From NCBI GenBank assembly GCA_001820215.1, contig MHOW01000006.1:47039-111038 (forward strand): 64,000 nt of DNA, in the 5' to 3' direction. This document shows positions 30,850 through 39,858 of this stretch, piece after piece (within the stretch, counting starts at the first letter, position 1; each line of letters opens with the position of its first letter). A program made the position numbers and the translations under genes. This stretch comes from Candidatus Staskawiczbacteria bacterium RIFCSPLOWO2_01_FULL_33_13. GTDB taxonomy: Bacteria > Patescibacteriota > Minisyncoccia > Minisyncoccales > Staskawiczbacteraceae. The notes beneath the pieces are model-generated. The model was given only the letters and a program-made list of their open reading frames with translations, did no database searches and was not told the DNA's origin.

Positions 30850-31614
30850 TTATTCAAGCAAAACATCGCCATATAAAGATGGATCTTTTTTGTACGAAAC
30901 CCATTCTGTCATATTATTTATTATGCCTTTTTCTTTACCCATAAATTCTGTTACGAAAATCCTCTCTGTTACAGAGGGGAAATTTTTAATACCTACATAA
31001 TCCGGAAAACTTGACCACCGATGACCTGTTTTCAAAAAATTAACAACTTCTTCAATCGAATGTTTTTTAATTCCCTGCTCTTTAAAATTTGGCTCGATTA
31101 AGGAAATGGGATTAGCGTGAATATAATTAATCACCATCATTAATTGATTATCGTCTTTAATAATTACAGAGCGAAACCTGTTTTGAAAAACATACCCCTT
31201 GCGCTGATGCTTTTGATTAAAATATCTTCCATATCCACTTCCTAATTTTACCATAAAATCATGTAATCCATTTTCGGTAATTTGCTTTAATAATAAATGG
31301 ATATGGTTAGGCATAAAACAAAATGCTAAAATATCAACCAATTTTTCCCTTATATCTATTTCGAGTTTTTCTATCTCTTCCAACAAATCAACCGACGACG
31401 CCCGACGTCGTCTTATTTGTAATGATATTTTTTCTTTTTGACGCTGTTCTCTGCGCTTCATTATACTTACTGGATTAGAATTATTAAATTCATATATAGA
31501 AAAAATTCCACGGTAAAAATCATCCTTATTTTTAAATATAATATTATTATCTATACCTCTTAAAATAATGTGATAAATATCACCATTAATAAATTCTTCT
31601 TTTCTGTATGGCAT
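30850..31614 (-). CDS. REP-associated tyrosine transposase / IS200-like Y1 transposase
   Basis: HUH motif (MPNHIHLLL) and catalytic Tyr (NYIHANP). About 250 aa. Flanked by inverted GC-rich REP palindromes. Confidence 0.7.
   Translation of the reverse strand: MPYRKEEFINGDIYHIILRGIDNNIIFKNKDDFYRGIFSIYEFNNSNPVSIMKRREQRQKEKISLQIRRRRASSVDLLEEIEKLEIDIREKLVDILAFCFMPNHIHLLLKQITENGLHDFMVKLGSGYGRYFNQKHQRKGYVFQNRFRSVIIKDDNQLMMVINYIHANPISLIEPNFKEQGIKKHSIEEVVNFLKTGHRWSSFPDYVGIKNFPSVTERIFVTEFMGKEKGIINNMTEWVSYKKDPSLYGDVLLE
31391..31409. repeat. REP-like palindrome (copy 2, in-frame inside the RAYT gene)
   Basis: gacgacgcccgacgtcgtc encodes RRRRASSV on the minus strand. Confidence 0.6.
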
Positions 31615-31624
31615 AATTAAGTCG

Positions 31625-31670
31625 ACGTCGGGCGTCGTCTTCGTCGTCTTCCGTCGTCTTCTTTGTCTAT
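31625..31670. repeat. REP-like palindrome (copy 3, inverted) plus 3x cgtcgtctt tandem
   Basis: gacgtcgggcgtcgtc is the reverse complement of copies 1 and 2, followed by ttcgtcgtcttccgtcgtctt. Confidence 0.6.
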
Positions 31671-32638
31671 TTTAATTGTTTTTTTGGTTTAAAATACAAT
31701 GGATCACTTAATATAGTTTTATATTTTACTGGCAAAACTATTCTTGGAATTTTCACATCACTACCTCCTTTGCGACCCATTGTAACAGGAGGCATATCTT
31801 TACCTTTTCGTAAATTATTAATAAAATCTAATTTTCGTGAATAAAGTTTTTCTGGATTCGTTAATGCGACCACCGCGCTTTCGCAAAGATCTTCTCGTGG
31901 ATCAACTTCTCGGGCATACTTAGAAACACATATTTCTGGCATAGTGGTTTCGTATAATGTAGAATCGCCACCGTCAAGGTTTCTAGACACATCTGTAAAT
32001 CTCCAGCCAAATTTTTTTGACCAATTAGCTATAACCAAATCCACTGCACCTTCAACTTTATGAAAAAATTCATGAATAAGGGTTCCCAAAAAATTTGATA
32101 CTCCCTGAAAATTTGGATTTTTTTCTTCTGACCTATAATCATTGTTTAAATCTGTTCCTTTTGGATAAATTCTAACCACATCATCATTGTACTGAACATG
32201 CCCCCTCATTTCTTCGCCAGTATTTTTATTTATTGGTTTTTTATCATCAATAAGTATATATTTTACCCTTCTTAGCGGCTCACCCTCTACTGTAGACAAA
32301 AGTTCTACTGCTCTTTTTAATTCTTCTAAATGTTGCCGCTGTAATTGTTCATTAAAGTTATACAAAGAAATTTCATGCTCTCCAATCTTTATATCAATTT
32401 GTTCTTTTGGCAAACCCTTTTCCTGCCAATATTTTTGTAACCACCAATTTTGTTGAATTAATTTTTCTCTAACAAACTTTTCTATATCAATCTGCAATGT
32501 TTTTGACGAAAAAATTACTGCCTCAAAAGCATCGCCATATCCAGGTTCTCCCTTAAAAACTTCTGTAAGACCTATGTCCTTGGCAGATTGATATTCTGGA
32601 TTTATTCCTTGATTTGGATCTTTTTCAAAACCTTCCAT
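31667..32638 (-). CDS. hypothetical protein with HExxH metallopeptidase-like motif
   Basis: LIHEFFHKVEG. No signal peptide seen. Confidence 0.35.
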   Translation of the reverse strand: MEGFEKDPNQGINPEYQSAKDIGLTEVFKGEPGYGDAFEAVIFSSKTLQIDIEKFVREKLIQQNWWLQKYWQEKGLPKEQIDIKIGEHEISLYNFNEQLQRQHLEELKRAVELLSTVEGEPLRRVKYILIDDKKPINKNTGEEMRGHVQYNDDVVRIYPKGTDLNNDYRSEEKNPNFQGVSNFLGTLIHEFFHKVEGAVDLVIANWSKKFGWRFTDVSRNLDGGDSTLYETTMPEICVSKYAREVDPREDLCESAVVALTNPEKLYSRKLDFINNLRKGKDMPPVTMGRKGGSDVKIPRIVLPVKYKTILSDPLYFKPKKQLK

Positions 32639-32664
32639 AGTAATTTAAAATTTAATCTACACAA

Positions 32665-32853
32665 TAGACCTACTGCGTAAAGATTTTTCTGGTGCAAATT
32701 GAATCTTTTGGCTATAAATTACCAAAATCTTCGTGGCTTATCCAGAGGATAAGCCTTGTCAATTTTTGAAATTTCTAGATCAAAACATTCCTTGATCAGC
32801 AGAGCATCCCGAAGGCTGATTTTCGTAACGAAAACCTTTACGCAGTAGGTCTA
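32665..32853. repeat. MITE family 2 copy with nested insert
   Basis: Perfect 18-bp terminal repeats tagacctactgcgtaaag / ctttacgcagtaggtcta. Same core as 28190 plus an about 90-bp insert containing hairpin ggcttatccagaggataagcc. Confidence 0.65.
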
Positions 32854-32861
32854 ATATATTT

Positions 32862-33737
32862 TTATATCTTTTGGCAATTTGGGCAAAAAAATGCGCTTCT
32901 GCCACCAAATTTTAAACGGACAATAATTGTTTTACAACGAGAACATTTTTCCTTTTCCCTTTTATAAACTTGTCTTTCATTATCAAAATGCCCCTTTTTG
33001 CCATCAACATTCCTATAATCAGAAAAACTTTCGCCACCCAATTTAATTCCAGCTAATAATACTTTTTTTATTGCATTATAAAGCGATTGTAATTCTTTTT
33101 TGCTCAGTTTTGAAATATCTTTTTTTGGGTGTATGCGAGACCACCATAATGCTTCACTAGAATAAATATTGCCTATTCCGGCAATTATTTCGGGTTTCAT
33201 TATAATCTGTTTAACAGTGCCCTTTTTACCCTTAAATAATGCTTCAAATTTTTTAAAGGTAAAACTTTTTTGAAGCGGCTCGGGCCCCCAACTTTTAAAC
33301 TCTTTTGAATTTAATAAATCTTTTGTCTTCCATAATTCCGCTTTAGCAAATTTTCTTACATCAGACAATGCAATCATTTTTTTATTATCCAAAAAGAATA
33401 TTAAATGCAAAAAAGTATTTATTTTTTCTTCAAGAGGCCCTGATTTTAATGGCTTCCACATATTGTTTTCCATTTTCCATTCTGCAACCATTAAGTGGCC
33501 TGTCATTTTTTGGTGAATTAATAAAGAATATCCTCCAGATAAATCGAAAATAACATTCTTTGCTCTGCGATAAATCTTTTCTATTTTTTTACCTTGTAGT
33601 TCTTTTTTAAAAACTTCAAAGTCTTTTGGTTTTTTAACTATTTTTTTCCAATCCGACCACACATCAATAAAGGTCCTTTGTAGGACCTTTGAATTTAAAC
33701 CGTCTACGGTTGTTTGAACTTCTGGTAATTCTGGCAT
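32862..33737 (-). CDS. mutM: formamidopyrimidine-DNA glycosylase (Fpg/Nei family)
   Basis: MPELPEV N-terminus. C-terminal zinc finger CSRC...CPNC. Confidence 0.85.
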   Translation of the reverse strand: MPELPEVQTTVDGLNSKVLQRTFIDVWSDWKKIVKKPKDFEVFKKELQGKKIEKIYRRAKNVIFDLSGGYSLLIHQKMTGHLMVAEWKMENNMWKPLKSGPLEEKINTFLHLIFFLDNKKMIALSDVRKFAKAELWKTKDLLNSKEFKSWGPEPLQKSFTFKKFEALFKGKKGTVKQIIMKPEIIAGIGNIYSSEALWWSRIHPKKDISKLSKKELQSLYNAIKKVLLAGIKLGGESFSDYRNVDGKKGHFDNERQVYKREKEKCSRCKTIIVRLKFGGRSAFFCPNCQKI

Positions 33738-33766
33738 TACTATACCTTGAATTATATTACCCTAAC

Positions 33767-34396
33767 TTACTTTTCCCAGTCACTTTTTGACCACACTGGT
33801 GGCTCTTTTTCAGTAAGCTTAGAAACTTTTTTATTTTTCCCCTTGTTTAATTCTTCTTTTAATTTATTTACCTGGTTTTTTAATTCTGTAGATTCCATCT
33901 CTCTCAATTTGGTTTGTTTTTGTAATTTTTCTAATTCTGTAGATGTTTTTTGAATTTCAAATGTCCTGTTTCTTATCTTTTGCTCTAAGGCATCTATCGT
34001 TTCTTCTAGTGGCTGGGTTCTTGCTTGAACTTTTATGTCAACTGATTTTTCCATCATCTCGGTTTCAGAACGGCTTTCTTGAAGGTTATCAGCTATTTTA
34101 TTAAAAACCCTAGCCAATTCTCCCAACTCATCTTTACTTTCTAAATAAAATCTGCTTTTTAAATCACCCTTACTTAAACTATCGGCTGATTTTAGTAATT
34201 TTCTTACGGGTGAAGAAAAATTTTGGCCGGTGGCAAAACCAAATAAAAATATATAAACAATAAGAAGGAAAAAAATAATATAAAAATCCCTGGTTAAAGT
34301 TCCGTAATTAAATGCCACAAAGGCAACGATTACAAAAAGTCCGGCGATAATTATAGGATAGGCTATTTTTAAAGAAAGTTTTGGCATCGTCAACAT
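33767..34396 (-). CDS. membrane protein with HAMP-like and coiled-coil region
   Basis: Two N-terminal TM segments, then a segment ending ...RKLLKSADSLSKGDLKSR and heptads. Confidence 0.35.
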   Translation of the reverse strand: MLTMPKLSLKIAYPIIIAGLFVIVAFVAFNYGTLTRDFYIIFFLLIVYIFLFGFATGQNFSSPVRKLLKSADSLSKGDLKSRFYLESKDELGELARVFNKIADNLQESRSETEMMEKSVDIKVQARTQPLEETIDALEQKIRNRTFEIQKTSTELEKLQKQTKLREMESTELKNQVNKLKEELNKGKNKKVSKLTEKEPPVWSKSDWEK

Positions 34397-34520
34397 GAAA
34401 ATTAATTTAATAGTTACTTTGAATTTAATTTTACACTAAACAATTATTTTAATCCAGTTAAATAAAATCCTTTGGATTTTAATCTCGCCATTTTATAAAT
34501 GGCGAGATTATTTAACCGGA

Positions 34521-35408
34521 TTAATCAAAAACTAAGCTAGGCAGCCTATCTATAAGGCTTGCAAACCCCATGTTATTAAAAATGGTTTTTACTTTTTCTT
34601 GATCAAATGTGGTAAATTTGCAATTTTCTAAATTAAAATCTAATTCTAAATCTTTTACGGTTTCTACTAATTGCAGGGATAAAAAAGCGCTTTCCTTATT
34701 TTGTTTTAATGCCTCTTTTATTTTTGGTTTTACCACGGCGGTATCTGTTGAAAGCTCGTCATAAAGATTTTTTACACTACCAAATCTTTGTATTAAGTCT
34801 GCTGCTGTTGTTTTGCCAATACCCGGCACACCGGGTATATTATCTGAACTATCTCCCGTTAATGCCTTAAAGTCGTTCATTTGCAAAGGGCTAACCCCAA
34901 ACCTTTCAACCACCTTGTTTTCATCATATAGTACTGCATCTTTTATGCCTTTGCCTAAGGTGTATACTTTTATTTTTTCATCAACAAGTTGTAAATTGTC
35001 TAAATCTCCACTTAAAATATAAATTTGGGCATAAGCCTCATTTTTTTTAGCAATAGTAGCTATTAAGTCATCTGCTTCAAAACCTTCCTTTTCAAAAATG
35101 GGTATATTAAAACTTTTTAACACTTCTTTGATAATGGGTATTTGAGAGATAATATCATCTGGGGTTTTTGGCCGATGAGCCTTGTAATCATCAAATTTTT
35201 CGTGGCGGAATGTTGGCTTTGGTGTATCAAAACAGGCAACAATATAATTAGCCCTTAAATCTTTTATAGCTTTAAATAAAATCAGCAAAAAGCCATATGC
35301 CGCTCCGGTTGCTTGGCCATTTTTATTAGTTAACGGAGGCAACGCATGAAACGCGCGATACAAAAGCGCACTGGAATCAATAATAATTAACTTTTTTTCG
35401 TTTGCCAT
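34521..35408 (-). CDS. 5'-3' exonuclease (Pol I N-terminal / FEN-like domain)
   Basis: LIIIDSSALLYRAFHALP... Conserved acidic clusters. HhH region GIPGVPGIG. Confidence 0.8.
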   Translation of the reverse strand: MANEKKLIIIDSSALLYRAFHALPPLTNKNGQATGAAYGFLLILFKAIKDLRANYIVACFDTPKPTFRHEKFDDYKAHRPKTPDDIISQIPIIKEVLKSFNIPIFEKEGFEADDLIATIAKKNEAYAQIYILSGDLDNLQLVDEKIKVYTLGKGIKDAVLYDENKVVERFGVSPLQMNDFKALTGDSSDNIPGVPGIGKTTAADLIQRFGSVKNLYDELSTDTAVVKPKIKEALKQNKESAFLSLQLVETVKDLELDFNLENCKFTTFDQEKVKTIFNNMGFASLIDRLPSLVFD

Positions 35409-35424
35409 ATTTTATTTTATCATT

Positions 35425-35916
35425 TTATTTATCCATTGTCAGTTCTCTTTTATTTTCGCCCTGAGTGGAGTCAAAAGATTCTTTTGAGCGTTTGAATTTA
35501 ATTACTATTGCATTTTTAAGCATTATTTTTTTTATTTTCTCTGGCCATTCAATGGCAACTATATTTTCTGGATTTAAAATAATTTCCCTAAAACCTAAAT
35601 CTAAAATCTCTTCAGGCTTGTTTAATCTATAACAATCAATGTGGTAGAAAAAATTGAAGCTTGAAGCTTGAAGTTTCAAGCTTGAAGTTGGAATCTTAAA
35701 TTTTTTCATAATAACAAAGGTTGGACTATTTACTTTTTCTTTAATACCTAAACCTTTTGCAAATCCTTGCAAAAAGGTTGTTTTTCCGGCGCCAAGCTCT
35801 CCCTGTAAACCTAAAACTGTCGCAATGTTACCTAAATTTTGCTTTAAAATTTGTTTTGCCAAATTTTCCCCTATTTTTTGTGTCTGTTGAAAATTATAAG
35901 TGGTATTTTTTTTCAT
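35425..35916 (-). CDS. tsaE: tRNA t6A biosynthesis ATPase TsaE
   Basis: Walker A GELGAGKTTF. Conserved SPTF and Y..HIDCYRL motifs. Carries an in-frame heptamer repeat. Confidence 0.8.
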   Translation of the reverse strand: MKKNTTYNFQQTQKIGENLAKQILKQNLGNIATVLGLQGELGAGKTTFLQGFAKGLGIKEKVNSPTFVIMKKFKIPTSSLKLQASSFNFFYHIDCYRLNKPEEILDLGFREIILNPENIVAIEWPEKIKKIMLKNAIVIKFKRSKESFDSTQGENKRELTMDK

Positions 35917-35922
35917 TTTGTA

Positions 35923-36042
35923 GTTGACTCTTCACCCAAAATGACGCTGATATTATTTACTCTCTAAGCTTTTTGTTAAATTTAAATTAAATAAAATGGG
36001 TTACACCTATACTTCAAATGTCATTTTGAGTGAAGAGTTGAC
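35923..36042. repeat. inverted-repeat element (about 120 bp)
   Basis: Arms gttgactcttcacccaaaatgac / gtcattttgagtgaagagttgac in the divergent tsaE / 36088 promoter region. Confidence 0.45.
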
Positions 36043-36087
36043 TTTTGCATATAAATGAATTAGCTTGAAATAAAGTAAATAAACCCC

Positions 36088-37212
36088 ATGGAATCATTAC
36101 AAGAAGCAAAAAAATGTATAGCTGAAGCTAATAATATTTGCATAATTCCATCACAAACTAATGAGCCAGAAAGCTTAACTAGCGCCTTGGCTCTTTTTTA
36201 TACATTAAAAGAATTACATAAAAATGTAAACCCAATAATGGAGGATTTGCCTGAAAAATTAAGTTTTTTAACTCCTTCTTTAGACTTTATATCTTCTCCA
36301 AAAAATTTTGTGATTTCAATACCAAGAGCTCAAGCCGATGTGTCGCAGATTTATTATGAAAAAAATGAAGATAATTTGAAAATATATTTAACTTTAGACA
36401 AAGGAACTCTAAAAAAAGACCAGATATATTTTTATTTTTCAGAAGCAAAACCAGACCTTGTAATAACTTTAGGAATACAAGACTTTCAAAAAGAATTAGA
36501 GGGCAAATTAGACTCATTTGGATTTTTACTTGGTTGTCCTATTATTAATATTGATAATAATGAACAACCCTTCGGCGAAACTCAGGGTAAAAATAAAAAA
36601 TTTGGAACTGTTAATATTATAGAAAACACATCTCTCTCGGAAATAGTATTGGGGTTGATAACATCAATTGATGAAAATGTAATCAAAAAAAATATTGCTA
36701 ATTGCCTTCTTTCGGGTTTAATTATGTATTATAAAAATTTTACAAGTATAAAAACTAATGACCAAGTTTTTAAAATTTCCTCAGATTTAATAAAGAAAGG
36801 GGCAAATCACCAAGAAATAATTGATAATATATACAAAACAAATCCAATAGAACTCCATTTTTTACAAAAAATATTTCAAAACCTAAAATCAACAGATAGT
36901 AATAACACCTCTTTTTCAATATTAGATTCCGATGATTTTCAATATTTTTCAGAAAAAGAAGCTGAATCAACCGTAGAAAAAATAAAAACTATGGGAATGC
37001 AGGGCGACTTATTAGTGTTATGGAAAAGTCATACTTCGCCCAAGATGGTAAAGGGATTCTTCTGCTCAAAAAAGCCACACTTATTAAATAAAATTGCCGA
37101 TAACCAGGCAGGTACCACTAAAGACGGCTGGGTATTTTTAGAAATAAACGAAACAGATATTGATTTGGCAAAAAATAAAATACTGCATTTAATTAATATG
37201 GCTAGTAATTAG
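36088..37212 (+). CDS. hypothetical protein, possibly degenerate DHH/NrnA-like fold
   Basis: Size and N-terminal layout resemble NrnA, but the DHH motif is absent (IPS in its place). Confidence 0.25.
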   Translation: MESLQEAKKCIAEANNICIIPSQTNEPESLTSALALFYTLKELHKNVNPIMEDLPEKLSFLTPSLDFISSPKNFVISIPRAQADVSQIYYEKNEDNLKIYLTLDKGTLKKDQIYFYFSEAKPDLVITLGIQDFQKELEGKLDSFGFLLGCPIINIDNNEQPFGETQGKNKKFGTVNIIENTSLSEIVLGLITSIDENVIKKNIANCLLSGLIMYYKNFTSIKTNDQVFKISSDLIKKGANHQEIIDNIYKTNPIELHFLQKIFQNLKSTDSNNTSFSILDSDDFQYFSEKEAESTVEKIKTMGMQGDLLVLWKSHTSPKMVKGFFCSKKPHLLNKIADNQAGTTKDGWVFLEINETDIDLAKNKILHLINMASN

Positions 37213-37223
37213 AATATTTATTA

Positions 37224-38573
37224 TTGATAAAAAATTACATGGAAGAAAATGCTAAAAAAATATTAGGCTCGGTAGCAATTCCGCCTGAAATAATTGAAGA
37301 AATTAAAAAATCTGTTGCCAATATTGCCGACTTTGGAAAAAAAATTGAAGATCACATAAGCCAAAATACCACCAATCTTTTGGATGTGGTTTTATTTGGA
37401 GCCATAAGCCTTGGCGCTTCTGATATTCATATTGAACCTCAAGAGAATCAAATAAGATTACGAATAAGGCTTGATGGAGTTTTGCAAGATGCTGTTTTTT
37501 TTAACCAAAACATATACCATAACCTTCTTTCAAGAATAAAACTCTTATCAAAAATTAAATTAAATATTACCAATACTCCCCAAGATGGAAGATTTACTAT
37601 TAGCATAGAAGATTTATTAATTGAAATAAGAACATCCAGCTTGCCGGCTGAATATGGCGAATCAATCGTGATGAGAATTTTAAACCCTAAAAATTTAGTT
37701 GGTTTAGAATCGCTAGAATTAAGAGAAGATTTATACAAAATTTTTCAAAAAGAAATAAAAAAACCCAACGGAATGATTATTATTACCGGCCCCACAGGTT
37801 CTGGAAAAACTACCACTCTATATGCATTCTTAATGAAAATACAAAATCCGGAAATAAAAATAATCACCATTGAAGACCCGATTGAGTATCATATAAAGGG
37901 GGTTTCGCAAACCCAGGTGGCGCCAGAAAAAGGATATGATTTTCCAGAAGGACTAAGGTCTATTGTAAGGCAAGATCCTGATGTAATATTGGTTGGTGAA
38001 ATTAGAGATGCAGAAACTGCTTCAATTACGCTACAAGCTTCGTTAACTGGCCACTTAGTATTATCAACAATCCATACCAATGACGCCGCTGGCACTATCC
38101 CAAGGCTAGTTGACTTAGGAATGGAAACTTCGTCTATAGCTTCTTCTTTGAAAATGGTTATTGGGCAAAGATTGGTAAGAAAGGTGTGCAGTAAATGCTC
38201 AACGCTAGCATCTCCTTTGAAAGAAGAATTATTAGAAATAGAAAAGGGACTACAAAATCTTCCAAAAGAATTATTAAAAACTCTACCCGCCGTCGCTGAA
38301 GCTATGGCGGGCAAAGTAAAAATTCCAAAAATATCCGCCAAAGGATGCAAGGACTGTAATTTTACAGGATATAAAGATAGGAGAGGATTGTTTGAAGTAT
38401 TTTTAGTTGAAGAAGATATGGAAAGATTTATTTTAACCAACCCCCCCGTTTCCGAAATTAAAAAAAGAGCCATAGAAAATGGCATGATTACTATTTACCA
38501 ATCTGGATTAATTGAGGTTGTACTAGGTCGCACCACTTTAGAAGAAGTTAAGAAGGTAGTTGAAGAAGACTGA
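37224..38573 (+). CDS. GspE/PilB-family secretion ATPase (type IV pilus / T2SS assembly ATPase)
   Basis: Walker A GPTGSGKTTT. VGEIRD motif. His box SLTGHLVLSTIHTN. Tetracysteine CSKC...CKDC. Confidence 0.8.
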   Translation: MIKNYMEENAKKILGSVAIPPEIIEEIKKSVANIADFGKKIEDHISQNTTNLLDVVLFGAISLGASDIHIEPQENQIRLRIRLDGVLQDAVFFNQNIYHNLLSRIKLLSKIKLNITNTPQDGRFTISIEDLLIEIRTSSLPAEYGESIVMRILNPKNLVGLESLELREDLYKIFQKEIKKPNGMIIITGPTGSGKTTTLYAFLMKIQNPEIKIITIEDPIEYHIKGVSQTQVAPEKGYDFPEGLRSIVRQDPDVILVGEIRDAETASITLQASLTGHLVLSTIHTNDAAGTIPRLVDLGMETSSIASSLKMVIGQRLVRKVCSKCSTLASPLKEELLEIEKGLQNLPKELLKTLPAVAEAMAGKVKIPKISAKGCKDCNFTGYKDRRGLFEVFLVEEDMERFILTNPPVSEIKKRAIENGMITIYQSGLIEVVLGRTTLEEVKKVVEED

Positions 38574-38615
38574 AAAAGCGCTTTTCAAAAAGCGCCTAGC
38601 GATTACAAAGAGAAA

Positions 38616-38757
38616 TAAAAAAATAGCTCTGGAGTTGGAGGTGTCATTATATCTGGGATATAAGTAAGAGTTTGTCCGAGGAGTAGTTGAGCCGGAGCAA
38701 AACTATCCAAACTAAGACAAATTCATATAAAACCTCCAACTCAAGAGCTATTTTTTG
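38616..38757. repeat. inverted-repeat element with 25-bp terminal repeats
   Basis: aaaaaatagctctggagttggaggt / acctccaactcaagagctatttttt with 1 mismatch. Confidence 0.5.
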
Positions 38758-38809
38758 TATAAATAGTAAAAATTAATCGATACATCAATTATATCACCTA
38801 ACAATATAT

Positions 38810-39823
38810 ATGTCAAGTACTATTATAGAAAACCCAGGTACGGGCAATGATATTTTAGATTCTGCCTTAAGGCCCAAAAAATGGCAAGATTATGTGGGCC
38901 AAGAAAAAATTAAGGACAATTTAAAAATTATTTTAACCGCAGCAAAACAAAGAGATCAATCTCCTGATCATTTATTGTTTTATGGCAATTCTGGGCTTGG
39001 CAAAACCACGCTCGCCCACTTGGTAGCCCTAGAAATGGGAAAACAAATTAGAATTACCACAGGGCCTGCTATTGAAAGAGCTGGGGATTTGGCGGCAATT
39101 TTAACTAATCTTCAAGAAGGCGATGTACTGTTTTTAGACGAGATACACAGAATGCACAAAAGCGTAGAAGAATATATTTACCCTGCAATGGAAGACTATA
39201 AGCTAAACCTGATTTTAGGCAAAGGCCCAATGGCACGCACCATGGAGTTAAAATTGCCCCGATTTACTTTAATAGGAGCTACCACACGGCCCGGCCTTTT
39301 ATCAACTCCTCTAAGAAACCGTTTTGGCGCCACTTTTCAGCTTAATTTTTACAAACCTGAGGATATTGAAAAAATAGTTGAAAAATCCGCCCAGATTTTA
39401 CAGATACAAATTGATGCTGAGGCAATTAAAATAATTGCCAAAAGATCTCGTTTTACTCCAAGAGTAGCAAACAGATTATTAAAAAGAGCACGCGACTTTG
39501 CTCAAGTAAAAAACCAAGGTATTATCACAAAAGAAATTGCAGAACAATCTTTACATTCACTGGAAGTTGATAGGATGGGTTTAGAACCAGGGGATATAAA
39601 AATTTTAATGGCTTTAATAGAAAAATTTGATGGGGGGCCCGTAGGATTGCAATCTTTAGCCGCCGCAGCAATGGAAGAAGAGGATACTATTTTAGACATC
39701 TACGAGCCGTATTTAATGCAATGCGGACTTATAGAAAGAACTCCCAAAGGCAGAATTGCCTCCCGACTTGCCTATGAACACCTGGGATTAAAATATAAAA
39801 AAGCACAGAATAATTTACTGTGA
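38810..39823 (+). CDS. ruvB: Holliday junction DNA helicase RuvB
   Basis: [13 protein letters not shown]...[11 protein letters not shown]. Sensor motifs. Confidence 0.9.
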   Translation: MSSTIIENPGTGNDILDSALRPKKWQDYVGQEKIKDNLKIILTAAKQRDQSPDHLLFYGNSGLGKTTLAHLVALEMGKQIRITTGPAIERAGDLAAILTNLQEGDVLFLDEIHRMHKSVEEYIYPAMEDYKLNLILGKGPMARTMELKLPRFTLIGATTRPGLLSTPLRNRFGATFQLNFYKPEDIEKIVEKSAQILQIQIDAEAIKIIAKRSRFTPRVANRLLKRARDFAQVKNQGIITKEIAEQSLHSLEVDRMGLEPGDIKILMALIEKFDGGPVGLQSLAAAAMEEEDTILDIYEPYLMQCGLIERTPKGRIASRLAYEHLGLKYKKAQNNLL

Positions 39824-39847
39824 ATTACGAAAGCATTTCGTAATTCA
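39821..39847. repeat. MITE family 1 minimal palindrome
   Basis: tgaattacgaaagcatttcgtaattca is a perfect palindrome overlapping the ruvB stop. Confidence 0.5.
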
Positions 39848-39858
39848 AGGCAAATAAC

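Noticed and set aside
25751-32853. Prophage or integrative element for the MITE-bracketed segment
   Set aside because: No integrase, capsid, terminase or tRNA-attachment signature was seen. The segment contains core genes (rpsT, holA).
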